NCBI GenBank assembly: GCA_016201825.1
Contig: JACQCD010000002.1
Span: 2,080-66,079, forward strand
From: Nitrospirota bacterium
GTDB taxonomy: Bacteria; Nitrospirota; Nitrospiria; 2-01-FULL-66-17
Direction: 5' to 3'
Length of the DNA stretch: 64,000 nucleotides
The position numbers and the translations under genes are program-made. A model generated the notes under the pieces. The model searched no databases, was not told the origin of the DNA, and was given only the letters and a program-made list of their open reading frames with translations. This document shows, in pieces, positions 35,811 to 47,042 of the stretch (position 1 is its first letter; each line of letters opens with the position of its first letter).

Positions 35811-36635
35811 CTAGGAAGGCGGGGGGCGCTCGATGACCAGCACCTCCTCCAACCGCGAGAGATCCGCTGACGGGATGACCTCCACATCGGGGTACAATTC
35901 GCCTTCGGCGCGCTGAACCCGGCTCACGGTACCCACGATCAGACCTTTGGGGAACGCGTCGGTCAACCCCGAGGTTAAGATGACGTCTCCCTCTCGGATG
36001 TCGGACGACGGCGGGAGATATTTCAACTGCGCTCGTCCTCCGAAGGTCCCTTCGACAATGCCTTGCTCGCGCGTCCGCTGAACCAGGGCCGGCACGGCAC
36101 TCAGTCGATCACTGATCAACAACACCACGGCGGTGGCGGGAAACACCTTCACGACGGTCCCGACAATTCCCGTGGGTACTTCGACGCCCAGATCGACCAC
36201 TGTTCCGGTTCGGCTTCCGCGATCAATGGTGATCGCTTGAAACCAGCGTGATGGATCCCGACCAACCACCCTGGCCCCCCGAAGCGGGACCGTCGCCGAT
36301 GGCTGGAATTCCAGCAGCGCCGTCAAGCGGCGATTCTCCTCGACCACTTCACGGAGCGTATCCCGTTCAAGGGTCACGCGGTCGAGGTCTGCCTGCAAGC
36401 GGCGGGACTCTTCACGAAGACCGACGAAAAAAACATATCCCGACCAAACGCCGCGAACCTGCGACACCGCCGAGGAGAGCGCCCCCTGCAGAACGGAAAA
36501 TACCGCCGTGACGGGTCGATCGAAGAACCCCGCTGGACGCCGCGGCCAGTCCGGGAAGATCAGGACCCCGATGACGACGGCGAGACCAGCCGCCAACAGC
36601 CACACACGCCGATATCCAGAAACGGACTGGGCCAC
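35811..36635 (-). CDS. mreC: Rod shape-determining protein MreC
   Basis: An N-terminal anchor, a coiled coil (RRLQADLDRVTLERDTLREVVEENRRL) and a C-terminal beta-rich MreC domain. Confidence 0.8.
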   Translation of the reverse strand: MAQSVSGYRRVWLLAAGLAVVIGVLIFPDWPRRPAGFFDRPVTAVFSVLQGALSSAVSQVRGVWSGYVFFVGLREESRRLQADLDRVTLERDTLREVVEENRRLTALLEFQPSATVPLRGARVVGRDPSRWFQAITIDRGSRTGTVVDLGVEVPTGIVGTVVKVFPATAVVLLISDRLSAVPALVQRTREQGIVEGTFGGRAQLKYLPPSSDIREGDVILTSGLTDAFPKGLIVGTVSRVQRAEGELYPDVEVIPSADLSRLEEVLVIERPPPS

Positions 36636-36654
36636 CTTGGCCTCCGATCACGCG

Positions 36655-37710
<1,056 letters not shown>

Positions 37711-38313
37711 CTATGCGCGATCCGCCGCGGCCATCCCTACCACCCTCGTCTCCCCCACCTCATCGCCCAACCGCAATCCCTGCGGATTTCCGACAAGCAG
37801 CACACCCTCCACACCAAATACCAAAACCAATACGAGCCAACCCAGGCCAGCCATCAGCCACCCCCCTCCCGTGAAGAGGTACCACACCGCATAGGCAATG
37901 GCCAAGACCCCATTGCGCAGAATCGATTCTCGAACGCCACACGACCGTCCATGGGGACCGAGGACCCCTAACCCGAGCAGGCGCTTCCCCACACTCTGGC
38001 CGGGCTGCATCCCATCGGCAATCAGCAGATAGGTCACCCCCCCAAAGAACCCGACCGGCGGCACGAGATGACTCGCTGCAGCGACGACCAAGAGATCGAT
38101 GAATTTGGACACCCAGCGGGAAAGGGGGTCGGCGGCCGTCGGTTCGGCCTGTGTTCGGGGGTCGGCATCCATAGGGATGAAGCGATCGGCACCCTCCACC
38201 TTCCCGCCGATCAACACCTGCACGCTCGGAGTCCGTTGCATTATAGGAAACATCGAGAGACGGCGCAAGGGCTTGAAACCGAACAATCGGCAGTTGCTTT
38301 TGCGCCGCTCCAT
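37711..38313 (-). CDS. RDD-family membrane protein
   Basis: The RDD-domain pattern (WVSKFIDLLVVAAASHLV...GVTYLLIADGMQPGQSVGKRLLGLGV) with multiple TM helices. The start is uncertain. Confidence 0.5.
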   Translation of the reverse strand: MERRKSNCRLFGFKPLRRLSMFPIMQRTPSVQVLIGGKVEGADRFIPMDADPRTQAEPTAADPLSRWVSKFIDLLVVAAASHLVPPVGFFGGVTYLLIADGMQPGQSVGKRLLGLGVLGPHGRSCGVRESILRNGVLAIAYAVWYLFTGGGWLMAGLGWLVLVLVFGVEGVLLVGNPQGLRLGDEVGETRVVGMAAADRA

Positions 38314-38349
38314 GCCCTATCATTAATGATGCGTTAATCGGAGGGTCGG

Positions 38350-39051
38350 ATGATTAAGTTCCTGCGGCAAGGTACTATTGAAAATCCCTGGGTCTTTCGT
38401 GCGATTATGTTGGTCATCGCCATCACGTTTGTCATCACGATGGGGTGGTGGGGCTTCAGCGGTAAAGAATCCCCGGTCATCGCCCGGGTCGATGACCGAT
38501 CGATCACGTCCGCTGAATACGAGCGCACTTACCGTAATTACGAGCGGTTTTACCGCGATATGTTTAAAGAACAATTCAATGCCGATCTGATCAAGCAGCT
38601 CGATCTCAAACACATGGCGGTCAACAGCTTAGTGGAACGGGAATTGTGGCTCAAAACGGCCCGTCGCATGAACCTCACCATCACCTCCAGCGAATTGGCT
38701 GACTCCATCGCCACCATGAAGGCCTTTCAGCAAGAAAAAAGTGGCCGGTTCGATTCCGCGCTCTATCGTCAGGTATTGGCGGTCAACCACGTCACGCCGG
38801 AAACCTTCGAATCCTCACAGCGAGACGACTTACTCATCGCTAAGGTCAAAGCCGTGATCGGCGACTCGACCGCCGTCTCAGGGCCCGAGTGGGAAGAAGT
38901 CCGGGCTCGCCAAGCGGCCCAGAACCCCGGCCCCACTTCCGACGCCACTCTTCCCTCCCCCCTTCCTCAAAAACAGGAACGCGCCCTTCGGGCCTATATG
39001 GACCACCTCCGCCACGCCGCCACTATCGACATTCAAGAAAAGATGCTCTAG
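38350..39051 (+). CDS. Membrane-anchored SurA-N-domain protein (PpiD-like chaperone module without PPIase domain)
   Basis: MIKFLRQGTIENPWVFRAIMLVIAITFVITMGWWGF (N-terminal TM anchor as in PpiD), then a SurA_N-type helical domain. No parvulin domain is present. Confidence 0.5.
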   Translation: MIKFLRQGTIENPWVFRAIMLVIAITFVITMGWWGFSGKESPVIARVDDRSITSAEYERTYRNYERFYRDMFKEQFNADLIKQLDLKHMAVNSLVERELWLKTARRMNLTITSSELADSIATMKAFQQEKSGRFDSALYRQVLAVNHVTPETFESSQRDDLLIAKVKAVIGDSTAVSGPEWEEVRARQAAQNPGPTSDATLPSPLPQKQERALRAYMDHLRHAATIDIQEKML

Positions 39052-39066
39052 CATGCCTCACCTCTG

Positions 39067-39639
39067 CTAATTCAGGAATCGTTCCCGAAATTGATCCAAG
39101 GGGGCGCGGCGTTGACGCCGGAGATCCTCGCGGATGTATCCTAAGCCCGCCACACAGAGTTCAAAGTGTTCCGAAAGCCTTCGAAACAGCGTGGCACCTC
39201 CCACACTTTCCTCTGAACCTTCCTCGGGCAGCTCAGCGACGATCCGGTAGGATCGCTTACCCACCTTGACGTAGTCGAGCAGGAAATCGCCGCTCGCGCT
39301 GATGATCCTGGTTTTAAGACGGGTCAGGTGCTCGGGAAACAACCCCATCATAAACAGCGTGAAATCGCCGATCTGCCGATGTGCATCACGGTCCGCAACA
39401 CCCGAGGTCCCTGACTCAGCCTCCAACAGCATCTCCGATACGAGGGTCCGGGCTCGCCCGTGCTGATCGCGAAACGGATAGGCACGGTCGACGTCAGAGA
39501 AGTCAGCGAGCAGGTCCGCCACATAGCGAATGACGCGGGGGTCCGGCCACCCAAGCTGCTCATAAAAATTCTTCTCCGTCAACACGGCAAAAAATACCCT
39601 TAGCGGATGTTGGCCTCTAACGCGGGAAAGTGGCTGCAT
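39067..39639 (-). CDS. Hypothetical protein
   Basis: 190 aa ORF with no recognised motif and good codon usage. It lies between the SurA-N gene and the M23 peptidase gene. Confidence 0.3.
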   Translation of the reverse strand: MQPLSRVRGQHPLRVFFAVLTEKNFYEQLGWPDPRVIRYVADLLADFSDVDRAYPFRDQHGRARTLVSEMLLEAESGTSGVADRDAHRQIGDFTLFMMGLFPEHLTRLKTRIISASGDFLLDYVKVGKRSYRIVAELPEEGSEESVGGATLFRRLSEHFELCVAGLGYIREDLRRQRRAPLDQFRERFLN

Positions 39640-39726
39640 CGTACCGACTCCACACGGCCTGATACCCTGATTATAATTGTGGGTTTCGGTTTCGACAAGA
39701 AACCAGAAGACCGATCGGGAAGGATC

Positions 39727-40620
39727 TTACTGAAGATTGTCTGCGACGGACGCCACCGCCGTTGCCAGCGAGAGGGGGTTGACCCGCGCGCCGTTGAGAC
39801 GCACTCCCCAGTGCAGGTGAGGTCCGGACGCTCTCCCCGATGCGCCCACGGCCCCGATCACTTGGGATTTGGCCACCCGATCGCCGGGGTGGACCGTCAC
39901 CGCAGAGAGATGAAAGTACATCGAATAGAGGCCGAGTCCGTGGTCCACAACAATGCTTTTGCCGCTAAAAAAATGGTCGGCAACAAGTTGAACGGTTCCC
40001 TCATTAATGGCCAGCACCGGAGCCCCCGAGGGTGCGGTGATATCCTCGCCGGTGTGCGGTCGTCGAGGTTGTCCGTTGATCACCCGCCTCAACCCGAACG
40101 TCCTTTGCACACTCCCCTCGGAAGGTAAAACGAACTCCCCCTTCCATACCCGGGGCGTAACAGGCCGCATGGTGGCTAACATCGTCCGTTGCTCGTCTTC
40201 CACTCGTTCGACCGTCTCCGCGTCCAGATCGACCTGTGTTTGGGGGAGAGACAGCTTTTGGACCCCAAAATCGCCGGGCAGAATCGTGACGGCCACTCGC
40301 GCCACCGTGACTGGAGCGTCGGCCTTCCGACGCTCCAACACAAAATCACTGGTTCCTGCTACGTCCTCCATATCGACCCCGAGCAAGACCCCCACTCCAC
40401 CAGCAACCGGGAACACCGGGGTTTCCCGATCATGAAACCGCCCCACAAACTCGCCAACGGCCGCCACCCCTTCGGCGGCTCGGAGCGGGAAGGTCAAGGC
40501 AAGAACATCGCCCTGCTTGACCCTTCGAGGTCCCACAGCGACATCGGTGTCATTCCCCCACCCGGGAGCAGCAAGGCCCGTGAGAACAAGGAGCACCAAC
40601 AGTGAACACCCCTTGTTCAC
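39727..40620 (-). CDS. M23-family peptidoglycan metalloendopeptidase
   Basis: HTGEDITAPSGAPVLAINEGTV...VVDHGLGLYSMYFHLS...GASGRASGPHLHWGVRLNGARVNP (HxxxD...HxH LytM motifs). The start is placed at the GTG overlapping the pafA stop (TGACGTG), giving the signal peptide (M)NKGCSLLVLLVLTGLAAPGWG. Confidence 0.7.
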   Translation of the reverse strand: MNKGCSLLVLLVLTGLAAPGWGNDTDVAVGPRRVKQGDVLALTFPLRAAEGVAAVGEFVGRFHDRETPVFPVAGGVGVLLGVDMEDVAGTSDFVLERRKADAPVTVARVAVTILPGDFGVQKLSLPQTQVDLDAETVERVEDEQRTMLATMRPVTPRVWKGEFVLPSEGSVQRTFGLRRVINGQPRRPHTGEDITAPSGAPVLAINEGTVQLVADHFFSGKSIVVDHGLGLYSMYFHLSAVTVHPGDRVAKSQVIGAVGASGRASGPHLHWGVRLNGARVNPLSLATAVASVADNLQ

Positions 40621-40621
40621 G

Positions 40622-42004
40622 TCAACGATGGGAAACGGCAACACCTGCAATCAATTCCTCGACGCGTTTGTTCGAACTGGCGAAGGGGTCCATGCAGAGG
40701 ATCGTCTCTTCCCAATACCCATTGAGTTTCAAGTATGTCCAGTCGACTGTATACGATCGATTTTTTTCTTTGGCGAACTTGATGAAATCGCCGCGGACTT
40801 TGGCCCGCGTGGACTGGGGGGGGATCGTCATCGCCCGCTGGATCTCGTCTTCGGTCGCCAATCGTTCCACCAAATCCTGGCGCTCCAAGAGATAGTACAG
40901 TCCCCGATTCCGCTTCACATCATGATACTGAAGATCCATTAACGCGATGCGGGGATCATCCCACCCGCAATTCTTCCTGGCGGTGAACGAGTCCATCATG
41001 TTCTTCTTGATGACCCAATCGAGCTCCTGAGCGAGCTTCATGGGATTGGTCGCCAGGGTCTGGAGCACATGTCCCCAGTATTCGATGAGGTCGCGAGTCG
41101 TCTCGTCAGCGCTCGTTCCGAGGGCGGACAGATACGCCTCCGCCCGTTCGTAATAGGTCATCTGAATTTCGAGGGCCGTCAATTCTCGACCGTCCTCCAG
41201 TCGAACGCGCTTTTTTAACGTCGGGTCTCTCGAGATGTCCCGGATAGCCTTCACGGGATCTTCGAGTTCCATGCCCTTGACCGTAAACCCTTCTTCGATC
41301 ATCGACAGCACCACCGCCGTCGTGCCAACTTTCAAATATGTCGTGAGCTCGGACATATTCGAATCCCCGACGATGATGTGCAGCCTCCGATATTTTTCCG
41401 CATCAGCATGCGGTTCATCTCGCGTATTGATAATGCTCCGCGACGACGTGGTCGATGACGACGTCTTCTCGTGGATATGTTGGGCCCGCTGGGAGAGGAA
41501 AAAGTGTGTGCGGCCGGAGACTTTCAACACCTTGCCGGCCCCCGTAAATACCTGACGGGTCACGAAAAATGGGATGAGCTGCTCCGTGATTTTCCAAAAA
41601 TCGAGGTCGCGCCGCATCAAATAATTTTCGTGGCATCCGTAGGTGTTGCCCATGGAGTCCGTGTTGTTCTTAAAGATATAAATATCGCCCACAAGGCCTT
41701 CTTCACGCAAACGCTTTTCAGCCATCGGCAGGCAGGTCTCCAACAACCGTTCACCCGCCTTGTCATGAATCACCAGATCGCGAAGCCGGTCACATTCCGG
41801 AGTGGAGTATTCCGGATGACATCCGGTGTCCTGATAGAATCGCGCGCCGTTAGACAGAAAGGCATTCGAGGGCCAACTGTTTGGGATGAGGCCTTCGAAA
41901 ATATAGCCGAGGATCTTCTCCATCGGGAGATACACTCGGCCGTTCGGAGAGAAAATCAGCCCATATTCGTTTTCGAGGCCGAAGATCCGAGGAGGCATCA
42001 TCAC
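40622..42004 (-). CDS. pafA: Pup--protein ligase PafA
   Basis: [69 protein letters not shown] and a C-terminus YTVDWTYLKLNG...ILCMDPF, collinear with M. tuberculosis PafA. The Dop-specific insertion is absent. Confidence 0.85.
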   Translation of the reverse strand: MMMPPRIFGLENEYGLIFSPNGRVYLPMEKILGYIFEGLIPNSWPSNAFLSNGARFYQDTGCHPEYSTPECDRLRDLVIHDKAGERLLETCLPMAEKRLREEGLVGDIYIFKNNTDSMGNTYGCHENYLMRRDLDFWKITEQLIPFFVTRQVFTGAGKVLKVSGRTHFFLSQRAQHIHEKTSSSTTSSRSIINTRDEPHADAEKYRRLHIIVGDSNMSELTTYLKVGTTAVVLSMIEEGFTVKGMELEDPVKAIRDISRDPTLKKRVRLEDGRELTALEIQMTYYERAEAYLSALGTSADETTRDLIEYWGHVLQTLATNPMKLAQELDWVIKKNMMDSFTARKNCGWDDPRIALMDLQYHDVKRNRGLYYLLERQDLVERLATEDEIQRAMTIPPQSTRAKVRGDFIKFAKEKNRSYTVDWTYLKLNGYWEETILCMDPFASSNKRVEELIAGVAVSHR

Positions 42005-42005
42005 G

Positions 42006-42683
42006 TCACCCGCTGAGCTCGATCAATTCTGCTTGCGATAGGCGTTTAAACTTTCGGCCCGGCCGACGCCGATCGAGCACCGCGATTTCCATGTTCTGCA
42101 GTAGAAGCCCTTGATGGCCCACACTTTCCAAGGCCTCCAAACCCTCTTTGAGAGCGGCCGGGAGCGGCCGACGGCCATCAACGTGTTGTTTAAGATGCGT
42201 CATAATGGCTTCTGACCGGCCTCCGATCACCGCGACCAGCCGTTCGTCAAAGATACTGCCGTCAAAAGAGATGCGGTACATTTCGTTCGTGTCGTGTTCA
42301 CCGAGCCCGACGACGAGAATCTCCACCTCCAGCGGTTTGATCTCCTGACTGAAGATGGTACCCAGACTCTGGGAATAGGCGTTCGCCAACGATTTGGTCG
42401 TCACGTCCTCCCGGCTGTAGAGGTACCCCTTCATGTCGGCGTGCCGAATGCCGGCCTTCCGAAGATTTTCAAACTCGCTGTACTTTCCCGCTCCGGCAAA
42501 TGCAATGTGATCATAAATTTCCGAGATCTTGTTGAGCGACACGCTGGGGTTGTCCGCCATCAGAACCAATCCGTGCTCGTACTCCATCGCCACGGTCGAG
42601 CGCCCTCGGGCAATGCCCTTTTTGGCGTACTCGGCCTTGTCCTGCATGATGAGCTCGGGCGACACGTAGTAGGGTAACGCCAT
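42006..42683 (-). CDS. prcA: Proteasome alpha subunit
   Basis: MALPYYVSPELIMQDKAEYAKKGIARGRSTVAMEY...AFAGAGKYSEFENLRKAGIRHADMKGY, collinear with actinobacterial PrcA. Confidence 0.85.
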   Translation of the reverse strand: MALPYYVSPELIMQDKAEYAKKGIARGRSTVAMEYEHGLVLMADNPSVSLNKISEIYDHIAFAGAGKYSEFENLRKAGIRHADMKGYLYSREDVTTKSLANAYSQSLGTIFSQEIKPLEVEILVVGLGEHDTNEMYRISFDGSIFDERLVAVIGGRSEAIMTHLKQHVDGRRPLPAALKEGLEALESVGHQGLLLQNMEIAVLDRRRPGRKFKRLSQAELIELSG

Positions 42684-43498
42684 TATCGCTCCCGCCGCTT
42701 CTCTAAGAAGGCCGCATAAAACGGCTCAATCCGCTCGGTCGTGACGTCGACGATTCCTCCTGCGGTCACGGTTTTCACCGTCGGATAGATCCCGCGTGTG
42801 GGGTCTGGCCCCCCGGTGGCCACGTCCTCTTCCGCCGCGTTGAACAACGCCTCGAGAGCAAGCCCGATCGCATCGTGCTCAGGTAATCCCGGTTTATAGT
42901 ACTGTTTGATGGCCGTCTTAGCGTCTTTTCCCCCGGACCCGGTGGCGTGGTAGTCGGCTTCTTCGTACCGTCCGCCTGCCACGTCGTATTTGAAGATCCG
43001 CCCCTCCCCCTGGCGAGAATCATATCCCGCGAAGATCGGGATCACCACCAATCCCTGAAACGCCGCCGGCAGATTCCCCTTAACCATTTGGGCCAGTTTA
43101 TTCGCCTTGCCATCGACGGAGAGCGGAGTGCCCTCGAGTTTTTCGTAATGCTCTAATTCGGTTTGGAACAAGCGGACCATATCGAGACAGGGACCGGCCG
43201 CGCCGGCGATCGCCATTGCAGACCATTCGTCGACCTTGTAGACTTTCTCGATACGACGGCCCGAGATTTGATACCCCTCGGTAGCCCTTCGGTCTCCGGC
43301 AATCACCACCCCTGCGCTGTACCGGAGCGCCAGAATGGTCGTGCCGTGGGGGATCGACAGGGCGACAGAGGGCGAAACGGCGACTGACGAACCGGGCATC
43401 TGAGCAACGTGGCGGTTGGGACTGAGGTGTGGATAGTGGGTGATCAGGAGATTGTAAAAACTTGACCCAAGCGGATCAGGGTCTGAGATCACCGTCAC
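42683..43498 (-). CDS. prcB: Proteasome beta subunit (propeptide plus Thr1 nucleophile)
   Basis: A propeptide, then HG/TTILAL (Thr1), GDRRATEG, and a conserved Lys33 / GSGG context (ATGSGGKDA). Confidence 0.85.
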   Translation of the reverse strand: MTVISDPDPLGSSFYNLLITHYPHLSPNRHVAQMPGSSVAVSPSVALSIPHGTTILALRYSAGVVIAGDRRATEGYQISGRRIEKVYKVDEWSAMAIAGAAGPCLDMVRLFQTELEHYEKLEGTPLSVDGKANKLAQMVKGNLPAAFQGLVVIPIFAGYDSRQGEGRIFKYDVAGGRYEEADYHATGSGGKDAKTAIKQYYKPGLPEHDAIGLALEALFNAAEEDVATGGPDPTRGIYPTVKTVTAGGIVDVTTERIEPFYAAFLEKRRER

Positions 43499-43692
43499 TC
43501 TCCCCCTTTTTGGACGTAATTTTTCACGAACTCTTCGGCATTTTCTTCCAACACTTCGTCGATTTCGTCAAGCAGTTTATCGATGTTCTCTTTGATCTTC
43601 TTCCCTTTTTCGAGAACTTCGGGGTTGGGAGTTGCCGCCGCGTCGTCACGTCGCCCGACTTTTTTGAGATCTCGTTTTTTGTCCTGTGACAT
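43495..43692 (-). CDS. pup: Prokaryotic ubiquitin-like protein Pup (C-terminal Gly-Gly-Glu)
   Basis: 66 aa MSQDKKRDLKKVGRRDDAAATPNPEVLEKGKKIKENIDKLLDEIDEVLEENAEEFVKNYVQKGGE. GGGGGG lies 8 nt upstream of this ATG. The C-terminal helix region is Pup-like and the protein ends in GGE. Confidence 0.8.
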   Translation of the reverse strand: MSQDKKRDLKKVGRRDDAAATPNPEVLEKGKKIKENIDKLLDEIDEVLEENAEEFVKNYVQKGGE

Positions 43693-43761
43693 CGTCATCA
43701 CCCCCCTTGGCTGCGCCCAGACACAAACAGATGCGTTCCAACCCCGCGTCAATAGCCGGTA

Positions 43762-45240
43762 TTAGGCACTCAGGCGGGACACCAGCGACTCCACGGTGTC
43801 CGATTCGTCCAATAACCCTCCCACTAACTCCTTGGTGCCGCGGGCTGGCTCGTTGAGGGGAATCCGCTTCACCACCGCTTGTCCTACGTCGAACAAGATC
43901 GACGCCCAACTCGCGGCGTAGATTTGGTCGGGGAATTTCTCCAGACACCGTCCTCGGAAGTATGCACGGGTATCGGACGGCGGAGCGACCATCGCCTCAT
44001 CGACCGCCTCCGGATCGAGCAGTCGATCCACGTAACCGCCCTTTTCGAGGGCCGAGAACAACCCTTTCTCGGGCCGCAAATCGTGGTACTGCAGATCCAT
44101 CATCGCAATTCTGGAATCGGTCCACTTGCAGCCTTTACGGTCGATATACGACTGCAGGAGGTCTCGTTTGATGACCCAATCGATCTCCCGCGACAACTGC
44201 GATGGATCGCGAGCGAGCAGATCGAGCACGCGCTCCCACCGCGCCAGGATATCCCTGGTTTCGGGATCCGCTCCACGCTCCGCACAATATCGATGCGCGG
44301 TTTCCAGATAATATTCCTGAATCTGCACGGCGGTCCACTGCCGGCCATCTTCCATTGCAATGGGCTGCTTTAAGGACAGGTCGCGCGACACATCTTTTAT
44401 CGCATGCACCGCATCGGCCAATTTCAGCTCCTTGACCGGATACCCCGCCTCGATCATCGACACGACGAGAGCGGTTACCCCCAGCTTGAGGTATGTCGTG
44501 ACTTCCGACATATTGGCGTCCCCCACGATGACGTGGAACCGCCGATATTTGGTCTTGTCGGCATGGGGCTCGTCTCTCGTATTGATGATGGGACGTTTCA
44601 CCATGGTGTTGAGGTCCACCAAGACCTCAACAAAGTCGGCGCGCTGGGAGATCTGGTACTGAGCAGGATTCGCCCGATTCTCCGCCCCGACCTTGCCGGC
44701 TCCGGCGTAAATCTGCCTCGTGACAAAAAACGGGATCAACTGCGTCACGAGCCGCATGAAGGGAACGGATCGCGACACGAGATAATTCTCGTGATAACCG
44801 TAACTGTTCCCCTTCCCATCGGTATTGTTCTTGTAAATCACGAACCGATGTTCCCCCGCCGTACGTTCTGCCCCAACGCGGCACGCCTCCAAAATACGTT
44901 CGCCGGCCTTTTCATAACGCACCACGTCTCGAACACTCGCGCACTCTGGGGTGGAATACTCGGGGTGCGCACCGTCCACGTACAAGCGCCCCCCGTTCCC
45001 GAGCAACTTGTTCAGCAATCGATTGTAATCCGGAGCTGGACGCTCCTTTTCCCCCTCCACTTCAAAACCTCGGGCATCAACTAACGGGTTTTCATTCTCG
45101 TAGTCCCAGAGAGTATTTCTGGACGGAACCGCGTCCACGCTGTTAACAAGCAAAATGGCGTTGGATACCGGGTCCTGGGCCGCGGCATCCTTGACCGCCA
45201 CCCCGAATTCCGTCTCGGTTCCGAGAATACGAGGGGTCAT
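43762..45240 (-). CDS. dop: Pup deamidase/depupylase Dop
   Basis: GTETEFG, plus the Dop-specific ~40-residue insertion ([22 protein letters not shown]...). Also [44 protein letters not shown] and [11 protein letters not shown], collinear with M. tuberculosis Dop. Confidence 0.85.
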   Translation of the reverse strand: MTPRILGTETEFGVAVKDAAAQDPVSNAILLVNSVDAVPSRNTLWDYENENPLVDARGFEVEGEKERPAPDYNRLLNKLLGNGGRLYVDGAHPEYSTPECASVRDVVRYEKAGERILEACRVGAERTAGEHRFVIYKNNTDGKGNSYGYHENYLVSRSVPFMRLVTQLIPFFVTRQIYAGAGKVGAENRANPAQYQISQRADFVEVLVDLNTMVKRPIINTRDEPHADKTKYRRFHVIVGDANMSEVTTYLKLGVTALVVSMIEAGYPVKELKLADAVHAIKDVSRDLSLKQPIAMEDGRQWTAVQIQEYYLETAHRYCAERGADPETRDILARWERVLDLLARDPSQLSREIDWVIKRDLLQSYIDRKGCKWTDSRIAMMDLQYHDLRPEKGLFSALEKGGYVDRLLDPEAVDEAMVAPPSDTRAYFRGRCLEKFPDQIYAASWASILFDVGQAVVKRIPLNEPARGTKELVGGLLDESDTVESLVSRLSA

Positions 45241-46985
45241 AAATAGTGCCCGGTCGTCACGGTTTCGATCTTACGGGACTCGGTCACGCGACTGGTGATG
45301 GTGCGCACGTGCACAATTTTCTCGCTCTTCCGTCCGGCAATCTTGGCCCAATCGTCGGGGTTCGTTGTATTCGGAAGATCCTCGTGCTCTCGAAACTCAT
45401 CGCGCACGGCCTTGGACAGATCCTCGGCTCGGATGCCGCGTTCGCCTCCCCCTATCGCGCGTTTGATCGCGTATTTCTTTGCCCGAGCCACGACGCCCTC
45501 AATCAGCGCACCGCTCGCAAAGTCCTTGAAGTACAAGATCTCTTTCTCACCGTTGGCATAGGTGACTTCCAGGAATTTATTGTCCTCGCTCGCGCTATAC
45601 ATCTGATCGACGACCTCAGCAATCAGGTTCGGCACCACCTCGTCCACCCCCCGGCCCTCGGGCAGACTGTAGGGAAGGTCCAGAGACAAATACTTGCCGA
45701 AGATCTCTTTGGCCGCCCGGCGATCGGGGCGGTCGATCCGAATCTTGACGTCGAGACGGCCCGGGCGGAGGACGGCTGGGTCAATCAGATCTTGGCGATT
45801 ACTCGCGCCGATCACGATGACATTCCGAAGGCGTTCCACGCCGTCGATCTCAGCCAGGAATTGAGGAACGATAGTCGACTCCACATCCGACGAGATCCCG
45901 GTCCCCCGCGTGCGGAACAGAGAGTCCATTTCGTCAAAGAAGACGATGACCGGCATCCCCTCCTGGGCTTTATCCTTGGCCTTCTTGAACACTTCGCGGA
46001 TCTGACGTTCGCTTTCTCCCACATACTTGTTGAGCAACTCGGGCCCCTTGACGTGGAGAAAGAAGCTTTTCACTTCCCGCCCCGTCAGGTGGCCGAGTTT
46101 CTTCGCTATGGAGTTGGCCACCGCTTTCGCGATCAGCGTTTTCCCACATCCAGGCGGACCGTATAAGAGAATGCCCTTGGGAGGAGAAAGGTGGTACTCC
46201 GCAAAGAGGTCCCGATGGAGGAACGGCAACTCGACCGCGTCGCGGATCTGTTCGATCTGATCCTCGAGCCCACCGACCTGCTCATAGGTCACGTCGGGCA
46301 CTTCCTCCAGAACGAGTTCTTCGACCTCCGACTTCGGGAGCTTTTCCAGCACATAGCCCGACCGCGTGTCGAACAGCAGATGGTCCCCCACGCTCAACCG
46401 CTCGTCCCTCAGAGAAGCCGCGACCTCGGCCACACGCTCTTCGTCGGCTCGCAACATAATAATCGCGCGATGGTCATCCAAAAGGTCTTTCAGCTTGACG
46501 ACTTCTCCCTGGACCTCAAACGCCTTCACCTCTACGACGTTGAGGGCTTCGTTAAGAATAAGCTGCTGGCCCTTTCGGAGGTCCGTCGCCTTAAGATTCG
46601 GATGAAGATTCACCTTCATCTTCCGGCCCGCGACATAGATATTGACAGTCCCGTCCTCATTGAGGTCGGAAAACACCGCATACGAAGACGGCGGCGCCGT
46701 CAGCTTTTCGACCTCGAGCTTGAGCGCTTCGATCTGCTCTCGCGCTTCCTGAAGGGCTGCGATCAGTTTTTCATTATGTCGATGGACTTGCTCCAAGCGA
46801 TCCCGGGACTGCTCAGTCTCGCGGAACTCTTCCTCCATCGACCGGATCTGAATCTGGAGCTTCTCGATCTCCCTACGGTATATCAAGGGCTCATCAGAGT
46901 CATTCCCCGCCAACTGATCCTGCAATTTTCTAATGGTGGTTTTTAAGGAATTGAGCTTGCCTGACTGGCGCTTCGACTCGCTCAT
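45237..46985 (-). CDS. arc: Proteasome-associated AAA ATPase ARC/Mpa
   Basis: An N-terminal coiled coil, OB domains, an AAA module [22 protein letters not shown] (Walker A) and a C-terminus ...TVTTGHYL (penultimate Tyr for gate opening). Confidence 0.85.
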   Translation of the reverse strand: MSESKRQSGKLNSLKTTIRKLQDQLAGNDSDEPLIYRREIEKLQIQIRSMEEEFRETEQSRDRLEQVHRHNEKLIAALQEAREQIEALKLEVEKLTAPPSSYAVFSDLNEDGTVNIYVAGRKMKVNLHPNLKATDLRKGQQLILNEALNVVEVKAFEVQGEVVKLKDLLDDHRAIIMLRADEERVAEVAASLRDERLSVGDHLLFDTRSGYVLEKLPKSEVEELVLEEVPDVTYEQVGGLEDQIEQIRDAVELPFLHRDLFAEYHLSPPKGILLYGPPGCGKTLIAKAVANSIAKKLGHLTGREVKSFFLHVKGPELLNKYVGESERQIREVFKKAKDKAQEGMPVIVFFDEMDSLFRTRGTGISSDVESTIVPQFLAEIDGVERLRNVIVIGASNRQDLIDPAVLRPGRLDVKIRIDRPDRRAAKEIFGKYLSLDLPYSLPEGRGVDEVVPNLIAEVVDQMYSASEDNKFLEVTYANGEKEILYFKDFASGALIEGVVARAKKYAIKRAIGGGERGIRAEDLSKAVRDEFREHEDLPNTTNPDDWAKIAGRKSEKIVHVRTITSRVTESRKIETVTTGHYL

Positions 46986-47042
46986 GGCCCCTCCTTTCCA
47001 CGTGATCCTCTTTAGGTATGATACAGGGGCGCCGCCTGCACT

